Source: Thiorhodococcus minor
Lineage (GTDB): Bacteria; Pseudomonadota; Gammaproteobacteria; Chromatiales; Chromatiaceae
Direction of reading: 5' to 3'
Assembly: GCF_010820565.1 (NCBI RefSeq)
Contig: NZ_JAAIJQ010000003.1
Coordinates: 19,251 to 83,250, forward strand
Length of the DNA stretch: 64,000 bases
The position numbers and the translations under genes are program-made. Under the pieces are notes generated by a model that ran no database searches, had not been told where the DNA came from, and saw only the letters and a list, made by a program, of their open reading frames with translations. Below are positions 19,860-30,973 of this stretch, in pieces. The stretch's first letter is position 1. Every line of letters begins with the position of its first letter.

Positions 19860-22217
19860 ATGACAGGCAAAGCCACCGGTCCCGTGGCCGCGGACGACCG
19901 ACCAAGTACCCAGCTGACGGTCGCCGTTGCGGGCAACCCCAACTGCGGCAAGTCGGCCCTCTTCAATGCCCTCACGGGCATCCGGCAGACCACGGGGAAC
20001 TGGCCCGGCGTCACCGTCGAGCGCAAGGAAGGCTCCATGGAGCTGGACGGGCGGCGCATCCGCGTCATCGACCTGCCCGGGATCTATTCGCTCGACGCCA
20101 ACTCGCTCGACGAGGTCGTCACGCGCGACTACCTGCTCAGCCGCGACGCCGACCTGATTGTGAACGTGCTCGACGCCAGCAACCTGGAGCGGCACCTCTA
20201 TCTCACGGTGCAGCTGCTGGAGATGGGCGTGCCCATCGTCATCGCGCTCAACATGATGGATGTGGCGCGCAAGCGCGGCATCCAGATCGACACCGAGCAG
20301 CTGGCCGAAGCGCTCGGCTGCCCGGTGGTGCCTCTGGTCGCCGTCAGCAAGGAAGGACTGACGGAGCTGCAGGCCCGCCTGCTCGCGGTCGCCGAGGGGC
20401 GCGAGCCCGCCGGCATGCCGCTGGCTCAGGGCGAGTGTGTCGAGGAGGCGGTCGCAGACCTGATCCCGAAGCTGGGGGACAGCGCAGAGCAAGCCAATAC
20501 GCGCTGGCTGGCACTCAAGCTCTTGGAGTCAGACCCTATCGCCGAGAAGGTCGCGAGCCCCGAGGTCATGACCCTCGTCGAGCAGGCCCGTCACCAGGTC
20601 GCCGAGCGCGCGGGCGAGGACACGGACCTACACATCGCGGACACCCGCTATGGCCACGCCCATACCCTCGCCCAGCGGGTCGTGCGCGAGAGCCGCCGCG
20701 TCGAGCGCACCCTCTCGGACCGCATCGACCAAGTGGTGCTGAGCAAGCTCTTCGGCATCCCGCTCTTCCTGCTGATGATCTACCTGATGTTCATGTTCAC
20801 CATGAATATCGGTGGCGCTTTCATCGACTTCTTCGACCTGTTGGGACAGGCGCTCTTCGTCGACGGCCTCGGCGCCCTGCTCGAGCGCCTGGACGCACCC
20901 GGCTGGCTCAGCCTGGTGCTCGCGGACGGCATCGGCGGCGGGCTGCAGGTCGTGGGGACCTTCATCCCCATCATCGCCAGCCTCTACATCGTGCTCTCCG
21001 CCCTGGAAGACAGCGGCTACATGGCGCGTGCCGCCTTCGTGATGGACCGCTTCATGCGCTCCATCGGGCTGCCCGGCAAGGCCTTCGTCCCCCTCATCGT
21101 CGGCTTCGGCTGCAACGTGCCGGCGGTGATGGCGACGCGCACCCTGGAGAGCGAGCGCGAGCGCAAGCTCACTATCCTCATGAACCCCTTTATGTCCTGC
21201 GGCGCGCGGCTGCCCGTCTACGCCCTCTTCGCGGCCGCCTTCTTCCCGCACTCGGGTCAGAACCTGGTCTTCGCCCTCTATCTGACAGGGATCGCGGTCG
21301 CCATCCTCTCCGGCCTGGCGATGAAGCACACCCTGCTCCAAGGCGACAGCTCGGGCATGCTGATGGAGCTGCCCCCCTATCACCTGCCGACCCTCAAGGG
21401 CGTCCTGCTGCGCACCTGGGACAGGGTCAAGCTCTTTCTCCGCGAGGCGGGCAAGGTGATCGTGCTCATGGTCCTGGTGCTCAATGTCCTCTCCACCGTG
21501 GGCAGCGACGGCAGCCTGGGCAACGAGGAGAGCGACAGCTCCATCCTGGCGGGCATCAGCCGCACCGCGACGCCACTGTTCGCCCCCATGGGCATCCGCG
21601 AAGACAACTGGCCGGCAATCCTAGGTGTCTTCTCGGGCGTTCTGGCAAAAGAGGTCATCGTCGGGACCCTGGACTCGCTCTATGGCCGACTCGCGGCCGA
21701 GGAGGCCCCGACCAGCGAGCCCGAGCCCTTCGATCTCTGGCGCGACATCGGGAGAGCCGGCGCCTCGATCGGCGAGAATCTGTCCGACCTGGGGGCGCGG
21801 GTGCTCGACCCACTGGGATTGGACGTCGGCGAAGTCGGCGACCAGGCCGCGGCCGCCGACGAGCAGGGCGTGCAAAGCGGCACCTTCGGCGCCATGGCGG
21901 AGCGCTTCGACGGCCAGGCCGGCGCCTTCGCCTATCTGCTCTTCGTCCTCCTCTACTTCCCCTGCATCGCCACCATCGGTGCCATCGTGCGTGAGGCGGG
22001 CGCGCCCTGGGCCATGTTCGTCGGCTTCTGGACGACGACCATCGCCTTCCTGACCGCGACCGTCTTCTACCAGACCGCGACCTTCGAGCGCGCCCCCCTC
22101 TCGGCCGGGATCTGGATCGCAGGCAGCATCGGGCTCTTCGCCGCCATTCTGGTCGCGCTGCGGGTGTGGGCCAGCAAGGAGCCCAGAGTAGGGACATTGG
22201 GGAAATCGGAAGCCTGA
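19860..22217 (+). CDS. feoB: Ferrous iron transporter B
   Basis: N-terminal G-domain VAVAGNPNCGKSALFNALTG..., then gate motifs and polytopic membrane domain; 785 aa. Confidence 0.95.
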   Translation: MTGKATGPVAADDRPSTQLTVAVAGNPNCGKSALFNALTGIRQTTGNWPGVTVERKEGSMELDGRRIRVIDLPGIYSLDANSLDEVVTRDYLLSRDADLIVNVLDASNLERHLYLTVQLLEMGVPIVIALNMMDVARKRGIQIDTEQLAEALGCPVVPLVAVSKEGLTELQARLLAVAEGREPAGMPLAQGECVEEAVADLIPKLGDSAEQANTRWLALKLLESDPIAEKVASPEVMTLVEQARHQVAERAGEDTDLHIADTRYGHAHTLAQRVVRESRRVERTLSDRIDQVVLSKLFGIPLFLLMIYLMFMFTMNIGGAFIDFFDLLGQALFVDGLGALLERLDAPGWLSLVLADGIGGGLQVVGTFIPIIASLYIVLSALEDSGYMARAAFVMDRFMRSIGLPGKAFVPLIVGFGCNVPAVMATRTLESERERKLTILMNPFMSCGARLPVYALFAAAFFPHSGQNLVFALYLTGIAVAILSGLAMKHTLLQGDSSGMLMELPPYHLPTLKGVLLRTWDRVKLFLREAGKVIVLMVLVLNVLSTVGSDGSLGNEESDSSILAGISRTATPLFAPMGIREDNWPAILGVFSGVLAKEVIVGTLDSLYGRLAAEEAPTSEPEPFDLWRDIGRAGASIGENLSDLGARVLDPLGLDVGEVGDQAAAADEQGVQSGTFGAMAERFDGQAGAFAYLLFVLLYFPCIATIGAIVREAGAPWAMFVGFWTTTIAFLTATVFYQTATFERAPLSAGIWIAGSIGLFAAILVALRVWASKEPRVGTLGKSEA

Positions 22218-22328
22218 CTTGGCTTGCCCCGATACGGCAAGGAGCAGAGGAGCAGAATGGGTGGTACAGCTGATCCTGATCTGAACGTAGTGGACCGAAG
22301 CGCATCGACCCAACTTCCAATTCACGTT

Positions 22329-22354
22329 GCGCCCTTCGCGCCTTGCGGTTCGAA
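22329..22354. repeat. Solo arm of repeat family 2
   Basis: gcgcccttcgcgccttgcggttcgaa in the feoB/sixA convergent spacer. Confidence 0.4.
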
Positions 22355-22368
22355 TCACCGCATTCGAG

Positions 22369-22905
22369 CTACAGACTCCTCGGGCGGGTGATGGAGACGA
22401 GCTGAGCGGTCCCTGAGCCAAGCGCCGTCCAGTCATTCGGCATCTCGAGGCGCGCGACCGTTGCGGTCGGCAGCAGCTTGCCGTCCTCCGGGATCTCGAT
22501 GTCCTCGCCGACCAGGTGGCGCAGCAGCTCTTCGAGGCCGGGATTGTGGCCAACGAGCAAGACGGTCGCGGCACCCTCGGGACAGCGTGCCAAGACGTCC
22601 AGCAGCTCGGGGAGGCTGGCCTCGTAAACGGTCTCGTCCCAGACGATGCGCTTCTTCTTGAAGTCCATGCGCTTGCAGACCTTGGCGGCGGTCTGACGCG
22701 CCCGCTCGGCTGGCGAGCTGACGACGTGATCGGGCACCAAACCCTCGCGATAGAGCCAGCTGCCGACCTTGGGCGCATCGCTCTTGCCGCGCTTGGCCAG
22801 CGGACGCTCGAAGTCCGTCGCGGCGCCCGAGTCCCAATCAGATTTGGCGTGGCGGAGAAGCAGCAGCTCTCGAGGCATATAAAAGAAGGGATCAGCGTAG
22901 CTCAA
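22369..22905 (-). CDS. sixA: Phosphohistidine phosphatase SixA (histidine-phosphatase superfamily)
   Basis: RHAKS catalytic motif (LLLLRHAKSDW) and conserved His in VLLVGHNPGLEEL. Probable true start at MPRELL (22878). Confidence 0.7.
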   Translation of the reverse strand: MSYADPFFYMPRELLLLRHAKSDWDSGAATDFERPLAKRGKSDAPKVGSWLYREGLVPDHVVSSPAERARQTAAKVCKRMDFKKKRIVWDETVYEASLPELLDVLARCPEGAATVLLVGHNPGLEELLRHLVGEDIEIPEDGKLLPTATVARLEMPNDWTALGSGTAQLVSITRPRSL

Positions 22906-22972
22906 ACTGCGTTGCGAACCTGCTGGTGCAATGATGGCAGGTTTTTAACACATCCGTCATTTTGGCGTAACC

Positions 22973-23848
22973 TCAGCGGGTCTCGGCCAGCAGACGCTCG
23001 ATCATCCCTTGCGATTGACTCAGGTAGCCGCCACCGAACAGATTGAGGTGGTTGAGGATGTGATAGAGATTGTAGAGGGTCTTGCGGGTCGCATAGCCAG
23101 CATCGAGCGGCCAAGCCTCCCGATAGGCGGCATAGAAGTCGCCCCCGAAGCCCCCGAACAGCTCGGTCATGGCGATATCGGCCTCTCTGTCCCCATAGTA
23201 GACCGCCGGGTCGAAGATCACCGGCTCCCCCTGACGGGTCGCGCCGATATTCCCACCCCAGAGGTCGCCGTGGAGGATGGATGCCTCCGGCGCATGGTCG
23301 ATGAGTGCGTCCAGGCGCGCCATGAGGCGCTCGCCGGCAGCCTGCAGGCGTCCGCCGTAGCCATTGGCGGCGGCGATCTCGAGCTGCCGGCCGAGACGAT
23401 GCTCCCGCCAGAAGCGCACCCAGTCGGTCGTTTGGGTATTGCGCTGGGGCGTGGAGCCGATGGTGTTGTCGCGCTCCCAGCCGAATGTCGGCGCGGTCGC
23501 CCGGTGCAGCTCGGCCAGCTGGCGTCCGGCAGGCACCCCGTCGAGACGACCGCCGAGATCGAGCAGCTCCATCACCAGAAAGCTCTGGCCTCCGGCGGAC
23601 CCCGTGCAGATGGGCTCCGGGACGCGCATGGCGCCCGGCTCGGCCAGCGCCCGCAGGCCGGCGGCCTCCGCCTCGAACATATCCAGCCGGTCCGTCGCGT
23701 TGAGCTTGACGAAGTAGGACTGGCTGCCGTCGCCGAGCACCGCGGCTGTATTGATACAGCCTCCGCCAACCGCCCGGTTGGAGCGGACCTCGAAAGGCCG
23801 TCCCGTCGCAGTGCTGATCGCCTGTGCGATCGTCGCCCACTGCGTCAT
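22973..23848 (-). CDS. Fructosamine/ketosamine-3-kinase family protein
   Basis: Family motifs ILHGDLWGGN and FDPAVYYGDREADIAMTELFGGF; 291 aa. Confidence 0.85.
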   Translation of the reverse strand: MTQWATIAQAISTATGRPFEVRSNRAVGGGCINTAAVLGDGSQSYFVKLNATDRLDMFEAEAAGLRALAEPGAMRVPEPICTGSAGGQSFLVMELLDLGGRLDGVPAGRQLAELHRATAPTFGWERDNTIGSTPQRNTQTTDWVRFWREHRLGRQLEIAAANGYGGRLQAAGERLMARLDALIDHAPEASILHGDLWGGNIGATRQGEPVIFDPAVYYGDREADIAMTELFGGFGGDFYAAYREAWPLDAGYATRKTLYNLYHILNHLNLFGGGYLSQSQGMIERLLAETR

Positions 23849-24483
23849 TTCGATGCCCCGCGGCCAATGCGTCGATGCAGTGGACTCGTCCGAGGAAAGT
23901 GCGCGCGCAGGAACTGCATCTGATCCGCGAGGACGTTGCGCCCCATCAAATAGATGTACTCTGCGTGCGTCGGCGTGAAGGGCACCGCGAGCAGCTCCAT
24001 GCGCGCATCTTCGGGGGAGCGGCCGGCCTTATGGTTGTTGCAGCGCACACAGGCAGTGACGACGTTGTTCCAGTGGTCTTCGCCACCCTTGCTCGTCGGG
24101 CGGACATGATCTCGCGAGAGCTGCCTGGATGAGAATCGCTGACCGCAGTACATGCACATGTGATCGTCGCGCTGAAACAGGGTGCGATTCGACAGCGGCG
24201 GGACATAGTCATCCTGCAGCTTGCTCAGGGCGTGATGGATGCCGTAAGTGGCGATGATGGAATGAATTCCTAGCTGGCTCTGAGTGCGCGTCACGGCGTT
24301 GATCCCGCCGCGCAGGAGAAACAGCTGGTCGCCACAGGAGTAGGCGACCTGCCCGAGGAAATAGAGACGGGCGGCGGCCCGGTAGTCGACCCATTCCAGG
24401 GGCATACCTGCCAAATCCGTTCGCAGTACCTGTTGATTGAGTGGCAACATAGCTGGATACGGCTCGGAATTTGCGGGAATCAT
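23845..24483 (-). CDS. HNH endonuclease-family protein
   Basis: CMYCGQRFS...DHVRPTSKGGEDHWNNVVTACVRCNNHK is a canonical HNH zinc-finger nuclease motif. Stop overlaps the fructosamine-kinase start by 4 nt. Confidence 0.8.
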   Translation of the reverse strand: MIPANSEPYPAMLPLNQQVLRTDLAGMPLEWVDYRAAARLYFLGQVAYSCGDQLFLLRGGINAVTRTQSQLGIHSIIATYGIHHALSKLQDDYVPPLSNRTLFQRDDHMCMYCGQRFSSRQLSRDHVRPTSKGGEDHWNNVVTACVRCNNHKAGRSPEDARMELLAVPFTPTHAEYIYLMGRNVLADQMQFLRAHFPRTSPLHRRIGRGASK

Positions 24484-24959
24484 ACACGCTCAACTCGAAG
24501 GCGCAAGGGAGCGAGACTGGGGAATGATGCATTCCGGAAACAGGATGCCGAGCGGGGCGAATTCCCATACGGCTCCCGTCGAGCGCCGCGACGGACGTCG
24601 CGGCAAGACCCTGAAGTCATCCCCCACCCACAGCCACCGCAGCGGCTTGGCCGCCTCACCGAATTCGTCAACCCCACGCAGAGCGGGACTGGCACAAATA
24701 GCGTAAGTTATTGTTTCGTCGAGCCTTGAGACCAGGTGGTCAGCATTTAGCCAGAACCGCACGAGTCCCCAAGGGACGCGCCTTGGGGACGCTTGCTCAA
24801 GGACTATCCCCAGAGTTATCCACAGATATTGTGAACAATTGACCACGAAACAACCCGAGCCCTCTCATCCCGCTCGCCCCCGTGGCAATCAGGGCGCGCA
24901 CAGAAGCGGCTCTCTGGCGAAGCCAGGGCGCGATTCTTCATGATCCTTCATCACGCCTC

Positions 24960-27170
24960 ATGATCATCTACCGCGTCGCGGTCGATGCCCCGCTCGCAGC
25001 CCTCTTCGACTATCTGCCGCCAATCGACGCCGCAGATGCATCACCGGCGCCAGGATCCCGTCTGCTCGTCCCTTTCGGACACCGCCAGCGGGTCGGGATC
25101 TTGATCGAGGTGCGCGAAGAGAGCGCGCAGCCCAGCGACAAGCTCAAGGCCGTGGAGCGGCTGCTCGACCCCAGGCCCTTGCTTGGACCCAAGGACCTGG
25201 CGCTGGTTCGCTGGGCCGCCGACTACTACCAGCAGCCCCTCGGCGAGGCGGTCTTCACCGCCCTGCCGGCACGCCTGCGCACCTCGGCCCCCCTGCTGGA
25301 CGAGCACGAGCCGGGCGCTCGGGCAACGCCGCTCGGCTGTGCGACGGCCCTCGCCGATCTCGCACGCGCACCCAAGCAGCGTGCGGTGCTGGCGCTGCTG
25401 CAGAGAGCGCCGGCCGGGCTTTCGCTCACCAAGCTCGGAGCCCAGATCGGAGATTGCCGCGCAGCGCTGCGCGCCCTGCGCGAGAAGGGACTCATCGCCA
25501 GCTGCACCCTGGAGCGGCGAGAGCCGGCCCCGCAGGTGACGGCGCCTTCCCCGCCGCCACCCTACCCGCTGACCGACGAGCAATCCGAGGCGACGGCCAG
25601 CATTCAGGAAGCCTTCGGGCGCTTCCAGGCCTTTCTGCTCGACGGCGTCACTGGGAGCGGCAAGACCGAGGTCTACATCCGTCTGGTCCAGGCACTGATC
25701 GAGCAAGGCAGACAGGCGCTGGTCCTGGTCCCGGAGATCGGTCTGACCCCGCAGCTGCGCGAGCGCTTCAGCAGCCGCGTCTCTGGCCCCATCGCCGTCT
25801 TGCACTCCGCCCGCAGCAACACCGAGCGCGAGCGCGACTGGCAACTGGCCGCCCGCGGCGAGGCCGGCCTGCTGCTCGGGACCCGCTCCGCCATCTTCGC
25901 GCCTCTCCCGCGTCTGGGCCTCATCCTGGTCGACGAGGAGCACGACCCTTCCTTGAAGCAGCAAGAAGGCTTCCGCTACTCGGCGCGCGACCTGGCGGTG
26001 CGGCGTGCGCAGCTCACCAGCTGCCCGGTCGTCCTCGGCACCGCCACCCCCTCGCTAGAGACCCTTCACAACGCGCGCGCCAATCGCTACGCCTGGCTGC
26101 GCCTGAGGCACCGCACCGGACAGGCGCGCCCGCCGGCGATCTCCCTGCTCGACATCCGCCGCCAGCCCTTGCGCGCCGGCCTCTCCAATGTGCTCCGCAG
26201 CCACATGCGCGCGGAGATCGACGCCGGCAATCAGGTGCTGCTGTTCCTCAACCGGCGCGGCTATGCGCCGGTCTTCACCTGCCACAGCTGCGGCTGGGTC
26301 GGCGGATGCCGCCACTGCGACGCCCGCCTCACGCTGCACCTGCGCCAGAAGCGGCTTTGGTGCCACCATTGCGACTGGTCGCAGCCGCTGCCGACGCGCT
26401 GCCCGGAGTGCCAGGGGCTGGACCTGCGAATGCTCGGTCAGGGCACGGAGCGGCTCGAAGACGAGCTCCGCCCGCTCTTCCCCGATGTCAGCCTGGCGCG
26501 GATCGACCGCGACAGCACCCGCCGCAAGGGCGAGCTGACGCGCCTCTTCGACGCCGCCCGCAAAGGCGAGATCCAGATCCTGCTCGGCACCCAGATGCTC
26601 GCCAAGGGACACGACTTCCCAGGCGTCACCCTGGTCGGCATCCTCGACCTGGACCAATCGCTGTACGCGAGCGACTTCCGCGCCCCCGAGCGCACGGCCC
26701 AGCTGGTGATCCAGGTCGCGGGCCGCGCCGGACGGGCGGAGCGGCCGGGCCGCGTCGTCCTCCAAACCCGGCACCCAGAGCATCCGCTGCTGCAATCCCT
26801 GCTGAAGGATGGCTATGGCGGATTCGCCGCCCAGGAGCTCGACGAGCGCCGCGCGGCCGAGCTGCCGCCCTTCATGCATCTCGCCCTGGCGCGGGCCGAC
26901 GCGGCGGACGAGACGCTTGCCCTGGACTTCCTGCGCGAGGCACGCCGCCTCGGCGAGCGGCTCGACGAGTCCCGCGTCCAGCTGCTCGGTCCAGTCCCGG
27001 CCCCCATGGAGCGCCGCGCCGGACGCTACCGCGCCCAGCTCCTGCTGCAATGCGCCAGCCGCCCCCTCCTGCAGCGGTTTCTCCGCCACTGGACCCACGC
27101 GCTGCGCCAGCTTCCACGACGGCGCGGACTGCGCTGGTCGCTGGATGTCGACCCTCAGGACATGCTCTAA
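24960..27170 (+). CDS. priA: Primosomal protein N' (replication restart helicase PriA)
   Basis: Walker [16 protein letters not shown]-like box and C-terminal Cys4 zinc motifs ([14 protein letters not shown]...CHHCDW...CPECQG). Start chosen at [11 protein letters not shown] by analogy to the PriA N-terminus. Confidence 0.9.
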   Translation: MIIYRVAVDAPLAALFDYLPPIDAADASPAPGSRLLVPFGHRQRVGILIEVREESAQPSDKLKAVERLLDPRPLLGPKDLALVRWAADYYQQPLGEAVFTALPARLRTSAPLLDEHEPGARATPLGCATALADLARAPKQRAVLALLQRAPAGLSLTKLGAQIGDCRAALRALREKGLIASCTLERREPAPQVTAPSPPPPYPLTDEQSEATASIQEAFGRFQAFLLDGVTGSGKTEVYIRLVQALIEQGRQALVLVPEIGLTPQLRERFSSRVSGPIAVLHSARSNTERERDWQLAARGEAGLLLGTRSAIFAPLPRLGLILVDEEHDPSLKQQEGFRYSARDLAVRRAQLTSCPVVLGTATPSLETLHNARANRYAWLRLRHRTGQARPPAISLLDIRRQPLRAGLSNVLRSHMRAEIDAGNQVLLFLNRRGYAPVFTCHSCGWVGGCRHCDARLTLHLRQKRLWCHHCDWSQPLPTRCPECQGLDLRMLGQGTERLEDELRPLFPDVSLARIDRDSTRRKGELTRLFDAARKGEIQILLGTQMLAKGHDFPGVTLVGILDLDQSLYASDFRAPERTAQLVIQVAGRAGRAERPGRVVLQTRHPEHPLLQSLLKDGYGGFAAQELDERRAAELPPFMHLALARADAADETLALDFLREARRLGERLDESRVQLLGPVPAPMERRAGRYRAQLLLQCASRPLLQRFLRHWTHALRQLPRRRGLRWSLDVDPQDML

Positions 27171-27351
27171 CCATCCGACGCGGGTTCAGGTATCCTTGTG
27201 CTCGCCGTTTTCCGCCCGAGCGCGGGGGCGGCGCGACACCCAAGCACCGAAACAATCAACCCGTTGCGGACTCCCCAGAACCCTGGCTCAGCGATGCGCC
27301 GAGGCGCGCCCGGAGCCGAGTCTCGCGCGAGTCGGCAAGCCGTCAGCCTGC

Positions 27352-29133
27352 ATGAAGCAAGACATCAAAGATCTCATCTCCGCCGCGCTCTCCGCGCTCA
27401 CCAGCAACGGCCAGCTCGCGCTCGCCGAGCCTCCAGAGCCCCAGGTGGAGCGCGCCAAGGACGCCTCTCACGGCGACTTCGCGACCAACATCGCCATGGT
27501 GCTGGCCAAGCAGGCGCGCACCAAGCCGCGCGACCTGGCGCAGCACATCCTCGACGCCCTGCCCGCCTCGCCACTGGTCGCCAAGGCCGAGATCGCGGGC
27601 CCCGGCTTCATCAACTTCTTCTTGGCCGAGGACGCCTACCGCGCCGTCGTGCCGCGCGTCCTCGAGGCCGGTCGCGGCTATGGCCGCAGCGACATCGGCG
27701 CCGGCAAGCGCGTACAGGTCGAGTTCGTCTCCGCCAACCCGACCGGGCCCCTCCATGTCGGACACGGGCGCGGCGCGGCCTATGGCGCCGTGGTCGCCGA
27801 TCTGCTCGCGGCCGTGGGCTTCGACGTGCACCGCGAGTACTACGTCAACGACGCCGGCCGCCAAATGGACATCCTGGCCGCATCCGTTTGGCTCAGATAC
27901 CTCGAGCTGTGCGGCGAGGAGCTGAGGTTCCCGAGCAACGGCTACAAGGGCGATTACGTCTGGGACATCGCCGCGACCCTGCACCGCGAGCACGGCGACG
28001 CCTACCGCGTCGAGGCCGGGCAGGTCTTCGCCGGCCTGCCGCCGGATGCCGCGCTCGAAGGCGAGCCCCAAGACGACGGCGGCGACAAGGAGGCCCATAT
28101 CGACGGCCTCATCGACGCCGCCAAGCGCCTGCTCGGCGACAACCGCTACCGCTATGTCTTCGAGCTGGGCCTGAGCACCATCCTCGACGACATTCGCGCC
28201 GACCTCCTGGAGTTCGGCGTGGAGTATCAGGAGTGGTACTCCGAGCGCTCGCTCACCGAGAGCGGCGCGGTCAACAAGGCCATCGAGCGGCTGCGCGAGT
28301 CGGGCCAGGTCTACGAGCAGAATGGCGCGCTCTGGTTCCGCTCCACCGACTTCGGCGACGAGAAGGACCGCGTGGTGGTGCGCGACAACGGCCAGACCAC
28401 CTACTTCGCCTCCGACATCGCCTACCACATGGACAAGCTCGAGCGCGGCTTCGACCGCGTCATCGACATCTGGGGCGCGGATCACCACGGCTACATCCCG
28501 CGCGTCAAGGCGGCGCTCAAGGCACTCGGCGACAACACCGATCGGCTCGATGTCCTGCTGGTCCAGTTCGCCATCCTCTATCGCGGCGGCGAGAAGGCGC
28601 AGATGTCGACCCGCTCCGGCGAGTTCGTCACCCTGCGGCAGCTGCGCAAGGAGGTCGGCAGCGACGCCGCGCGCTTCTTCTACGTGATGCGCCGCTGCGA
28701 GCAGCACCTGGACTTCGACCTCGACCTGGCCAAGTCACAGTCCTCGGACAACCCGGTCTACTACGTCCAATACGCCCATGCCCGGGTCTGCAGCGTGCTG
28801 CGCCAGGCCGCCGATCGCGGCATGGTCGTCGAGCCGAGCAGCGGGACCACGCACCTGGACAGGCTCTCGGAGGAGCACGAGCAGGCCCTGCTGCGTACCC
28901 TGACGCGCTATCCCGAGGTCGTCGAATCGGCCGCCCTCAAGGAAGAGCCGCATCAGCTCACCCACTACCTGCGCGAGCTGGCCAACGAGCTTCACACCTA
29001 CTACAACGCCCACCAGTTCCTGGTCGAGGACACCGCTCTGCGCGACGCCCGCATCAAGCTGATCCTGGCCGTGCGTCAGGTGCTGCGCAACGGTCTGGGG
29101 CTGCTCGGCGTTTCAGCACCGGAGAGCATGTGA
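27352..29133 (+). CDS. argS: Arginine--tRNA ligase
   Basis: HVGH-type class I motif [25 protein letters not shown] (KMSKS) and an anticodon-binding C-terminus. Internal start [10 protein letters not shown]. Confidence 0.95.
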   Translation: MKQDIKDLISAALSALTSNGQLALAEPPEPQVERAKDASHGDFATNIAMVLAKQARTKPRDLAQHILDALPASPLVAKAEIAGPGFINFFLAEDAYRAVVPRVLEAGRGYGRSDIGAGKRVQVEFVSANPTGPLHVGHGRGAAYGAVVADLLAAVGFDVHREYYVNDAGRQMDILAASVWLRYLELCGEELRFPSNGYKGDYVWDIAATLHREHGDAYRVEAGQVFAGLPPDAALEGEPQDDGGDKEAHIDGLIDAAKRLLGDNRYRYVFELGLSTILDDIRADLLEFGVEYQEWYSERSLTESGAVNKAIERLRESGQVYEQNGALWFRSTDFGDEKDRVVVRDNGQTTYFASDIAYHMDKLERGFDRVIDIWGADHHGYIPRVKAALKALGDNTDRLDVLLVQFAILYRGGEKAQMSTRSGEFVTLRQLRKEVGSDAARFFYVMRRCEQHLDFDLDLAKSQSSDNPVYYVQYAHARVCSVLRQAADRGMVVEPSSGTTHLDRLSEEHEQALLRTLTRYPEVVESAALKEEPHQLTHYLRELANELHTYYNAHQFLVEDTALRDARIKLILAVRQVLRNGLGLLGVSAPESM

Positions 29134-29134
29134 C

Positions 29135-29752
29135 ATGCCCAGGGACTATCGCCGCTCCAGCCAATCGCAGCCGTCCAAGCGCAAGCAAAGCAGGTCCTGC
29201 GTCTGGTGGCTGATCGTCGGCATCGCCGTCGGAGTCGTGGCCACCAAGATCCTGGCCCCGGGCCAGGACGCGGCGGAGCCAGCGACCGAAACGGCGGCAC
29301 GCGAGAGCGCTAGTCCCAGCCGGCCCAAACCGAGCTTCAAGTTCGAGGAGATCCTCACCCAGGCCGAGGATGACGACGATGGCAAGGCCCCGCCGCTGCC
29401 ACCGCCGGCACCACGTCCTCAGCCGCCCGTGCAGGAGAAGCCAGCCACGCCCGAGCCGGCGCAAGCCAGGGCCGTCGAGCCGGCACCCACGCCGGCGCCA
29501 GCGGCCAAGCCTCGCCGCGGCTCCTATGTCGTCCAGGTCGGCTCCTTCAGCCGAGCGGCGGATGCCGAGCGCCTCAAGGCACAGCTCGCGATGCTCGGCG
29601 TCTCCACCAGCGTCCAAGCCGCGACGCTCTCCAACGGCCGCGTCACCCATCGCGTGCGCACCGGCGGGTACGCCAGCCGGGCAGAGGCCAAGAAGGTCCA
29701 GGCACTGCTGAAGCGCCATGGGAAAGACAGCCTCGCCATCCCGGTCAAATAG
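29135..29752 (+). CDS. SPOR-domain cell-division/peptidoglycan-binding protein (FtsN/DedD-like)
   Basis: N-terminal TM, Pro/Ala-rich linker, and C-terminal SPOR domain (YVVQVGSFSRAADAERLKAQLAMLG...RVRTGGYASRAEAKKV). Immediately follows argS. Confidence 0.8.
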   Translation: MPRDYRRSSQSQPSKRKQSRSCVWWLIVGIAVGVVATKILAPGQDAAEPATETAARESASPSRPKPSFKFEEILTQAEDDDDGKAPPLPPPAPRPQPPVQEKPATPEPAQARAVEPAPTPAPAAKPRRGSYVVQVGSFSRAADAERLKAQLAMLGVSTSVQAATLSNGRVTHRVRTGGYASRAEAKKVQALLKRHGKDSLAIPVK

Positions 29753-29765
29753 CACTCCACATCAG

Positions 29766-29793
29766 CTGCCGCCGCCTCATGACGGCGGCAGCC
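29766..29793. terminator. GC-rich 10-bp stem hairpin between convergent genes (SPOR gene and rtcB)
   Basis: gctgccgccg-cctcatga-cggcggcagc. No clear U-tract on either strand, so intrinsic-terminator status is uncertain. Confidence 0.35.
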
Positions 29794-29797
29794 CGCC

Positions 29798-30973
29798 TCA
29801 CCCCTTGACCGTCAGCACCTGCTTCAGGGTGTGCACCACCTCGACCAGGTCGGTCTGGTCTGCCATGACGGCGTCGATGTCCTTGTAGGCCGCCGGGATC
29901 TCATCGATCACGCCCTTGTCCTTACGGCACTCGACACCCTGCGTCTGGGCCTCCAGGTCCTTGCGGGTGAAGCGACGGGTCGCCTCCCCACGGCTCATGC
30001 GCCGCCCCGCCCCGTGCGAGCAGGAGCAGAAGGACATGGGATTCCCCAGCCCCCGCACGATATAGGACTTGGCGCCCATGCTCCCCGGGATGATCCCCAG
30101 CTCGCCCTCGCCCGCGCGGATCGCGCCCTTTCGGGTGAGGTAGACGTCCTTTCCGAAGTGATGCTCGCGTGCCACATAGTTGTGGTGACAGTTGATCGCC
30201 TCCGTGGTCGTCTCGAAGGGCGGCAGCCGATCGCGCAACGCCTCGATGATGAGCCGCATCATCTGACGACGGTTTTCCAGCGCATAGTCCTGCGCCCAGC
30301 CGACCGCCTCGACATAGTCGTCGAAGTGCTTGCTGCCCTCGGGCAGGTAGGCGAGGTTCTGGTCCGGGAGCCGGATCTTCCAGTGCTCCATCTCGCGCTT
30401 CGCCAGCTCGATGAAGTGCATCCCGATGCGGTTGCCGATCCCGCGCGATCCCGAGTGCAGCATGATCCAAACCTGCTGGGCCTCGTCGAGACAGAGCTCG
30501 ATGAAGTGGTTTCCGCCACCCAGGCTTCCCAGCTGGCTCTGCCAGCGGGCGTGAATCTTGGGGTGCTTGTCCAGGATCGGCTTGAGGCCCGGGGCCACGC
30601 GCTTCAGCCCCTCGGCGCACCAGGCATCCTCGGCGTGTCCGTCGAAGCCGACCGGCACGGCGGCCTCGATCGCCGAGCGCACCCTGGCCAAGGAATCCGG
30701 CAGCTGATCCGCGCGCAGCGACAGCCGCAGCGCATTCATGCCGCAGCCGATGTCGACCCCAACCGCCGCAGGAATGATGGCCCCGAGGGTCGGGATCACG
30801 GACCCGATGGTCGCCCCCATTCCCCAATGCACGTCCGGCATGGCCGCCACGTGCGAATGGATGAAGGGCAGCTGGGAGACGTTCTCCAGCTGCTTCATGG
30901 CGTTCTCGGCCACGTCCTCCGTGTAGATCTTGACCGGGACACGGCCCTTGCTGATGACTCGCTTGATCGGCAT
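29798..30973 (-). CDS. rtcB: RtcB-family RNA ligase
   Basis: Family-wide conservation including metal-binding His/Cys context (GGGNHFIE, HSGSRG, HNY...CHHNY) and C-terminal SCSHGAGR. Confidence 0.85.
   Translation of the reverse strand: MPIKRVISKGRVPVKIYTEDVAENAMKQLENVSQLPFIHSHVAAMPDVHWGMGATIGSVIPTLGAIIPAAVGVDIGCGMNALRLSLRADQLPDSLARVRSAIEAAVPVGFDGHAEDAWCAEGLKRVAPGLKPILDKHPKIHARWQSQLGSLGGGNHFIELCLDEAQQVWIMLHSGSRGIGNRIGMHFIELAKREMEHWKIRLPDQNLAYLPEGSKHFDDYVEAVGWAQDYALENRRQMMRLIIEALRDRLPPFETTTEAINCHHNYVAREHHFGKDVYLTRKGAIRAGEGELGIIPGSMGAKSYIVRGLGNPMSFCSCSHGAGRRMSRGEATRRFTRKDLEAQTQGVECRKDKGVIDEIPAAYKDIDAVMADQTDLVEVVHTLKQVLTVKG

Noticed and set aside
20435-21994. 519-aa plus-strand ORF
   Set aside because: Alternative frame inside feoB with an Arg/Pro/Gly-rich product; feoB in its own frame has unmistakable motifs.
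22218-22368. 43-aa ORF after feoB considered as FeoC
   Set aside because: No winged-helix or Cys pattern of FeoC. It overlaps a dispersed repeat arm and the sixA 3' end. The hairpin here has only a 6-bp stem and no U-tract.
25454-27355. 633-aa plus-strand ORF
   Set aside because: Off-frame ORF overlapping priA; the priA frame carries helicase and zinc-finger motifs.
27198-29213. 671-aa plus-strand ORF
   Set aside because: Off-frame ORF overlapping argS.
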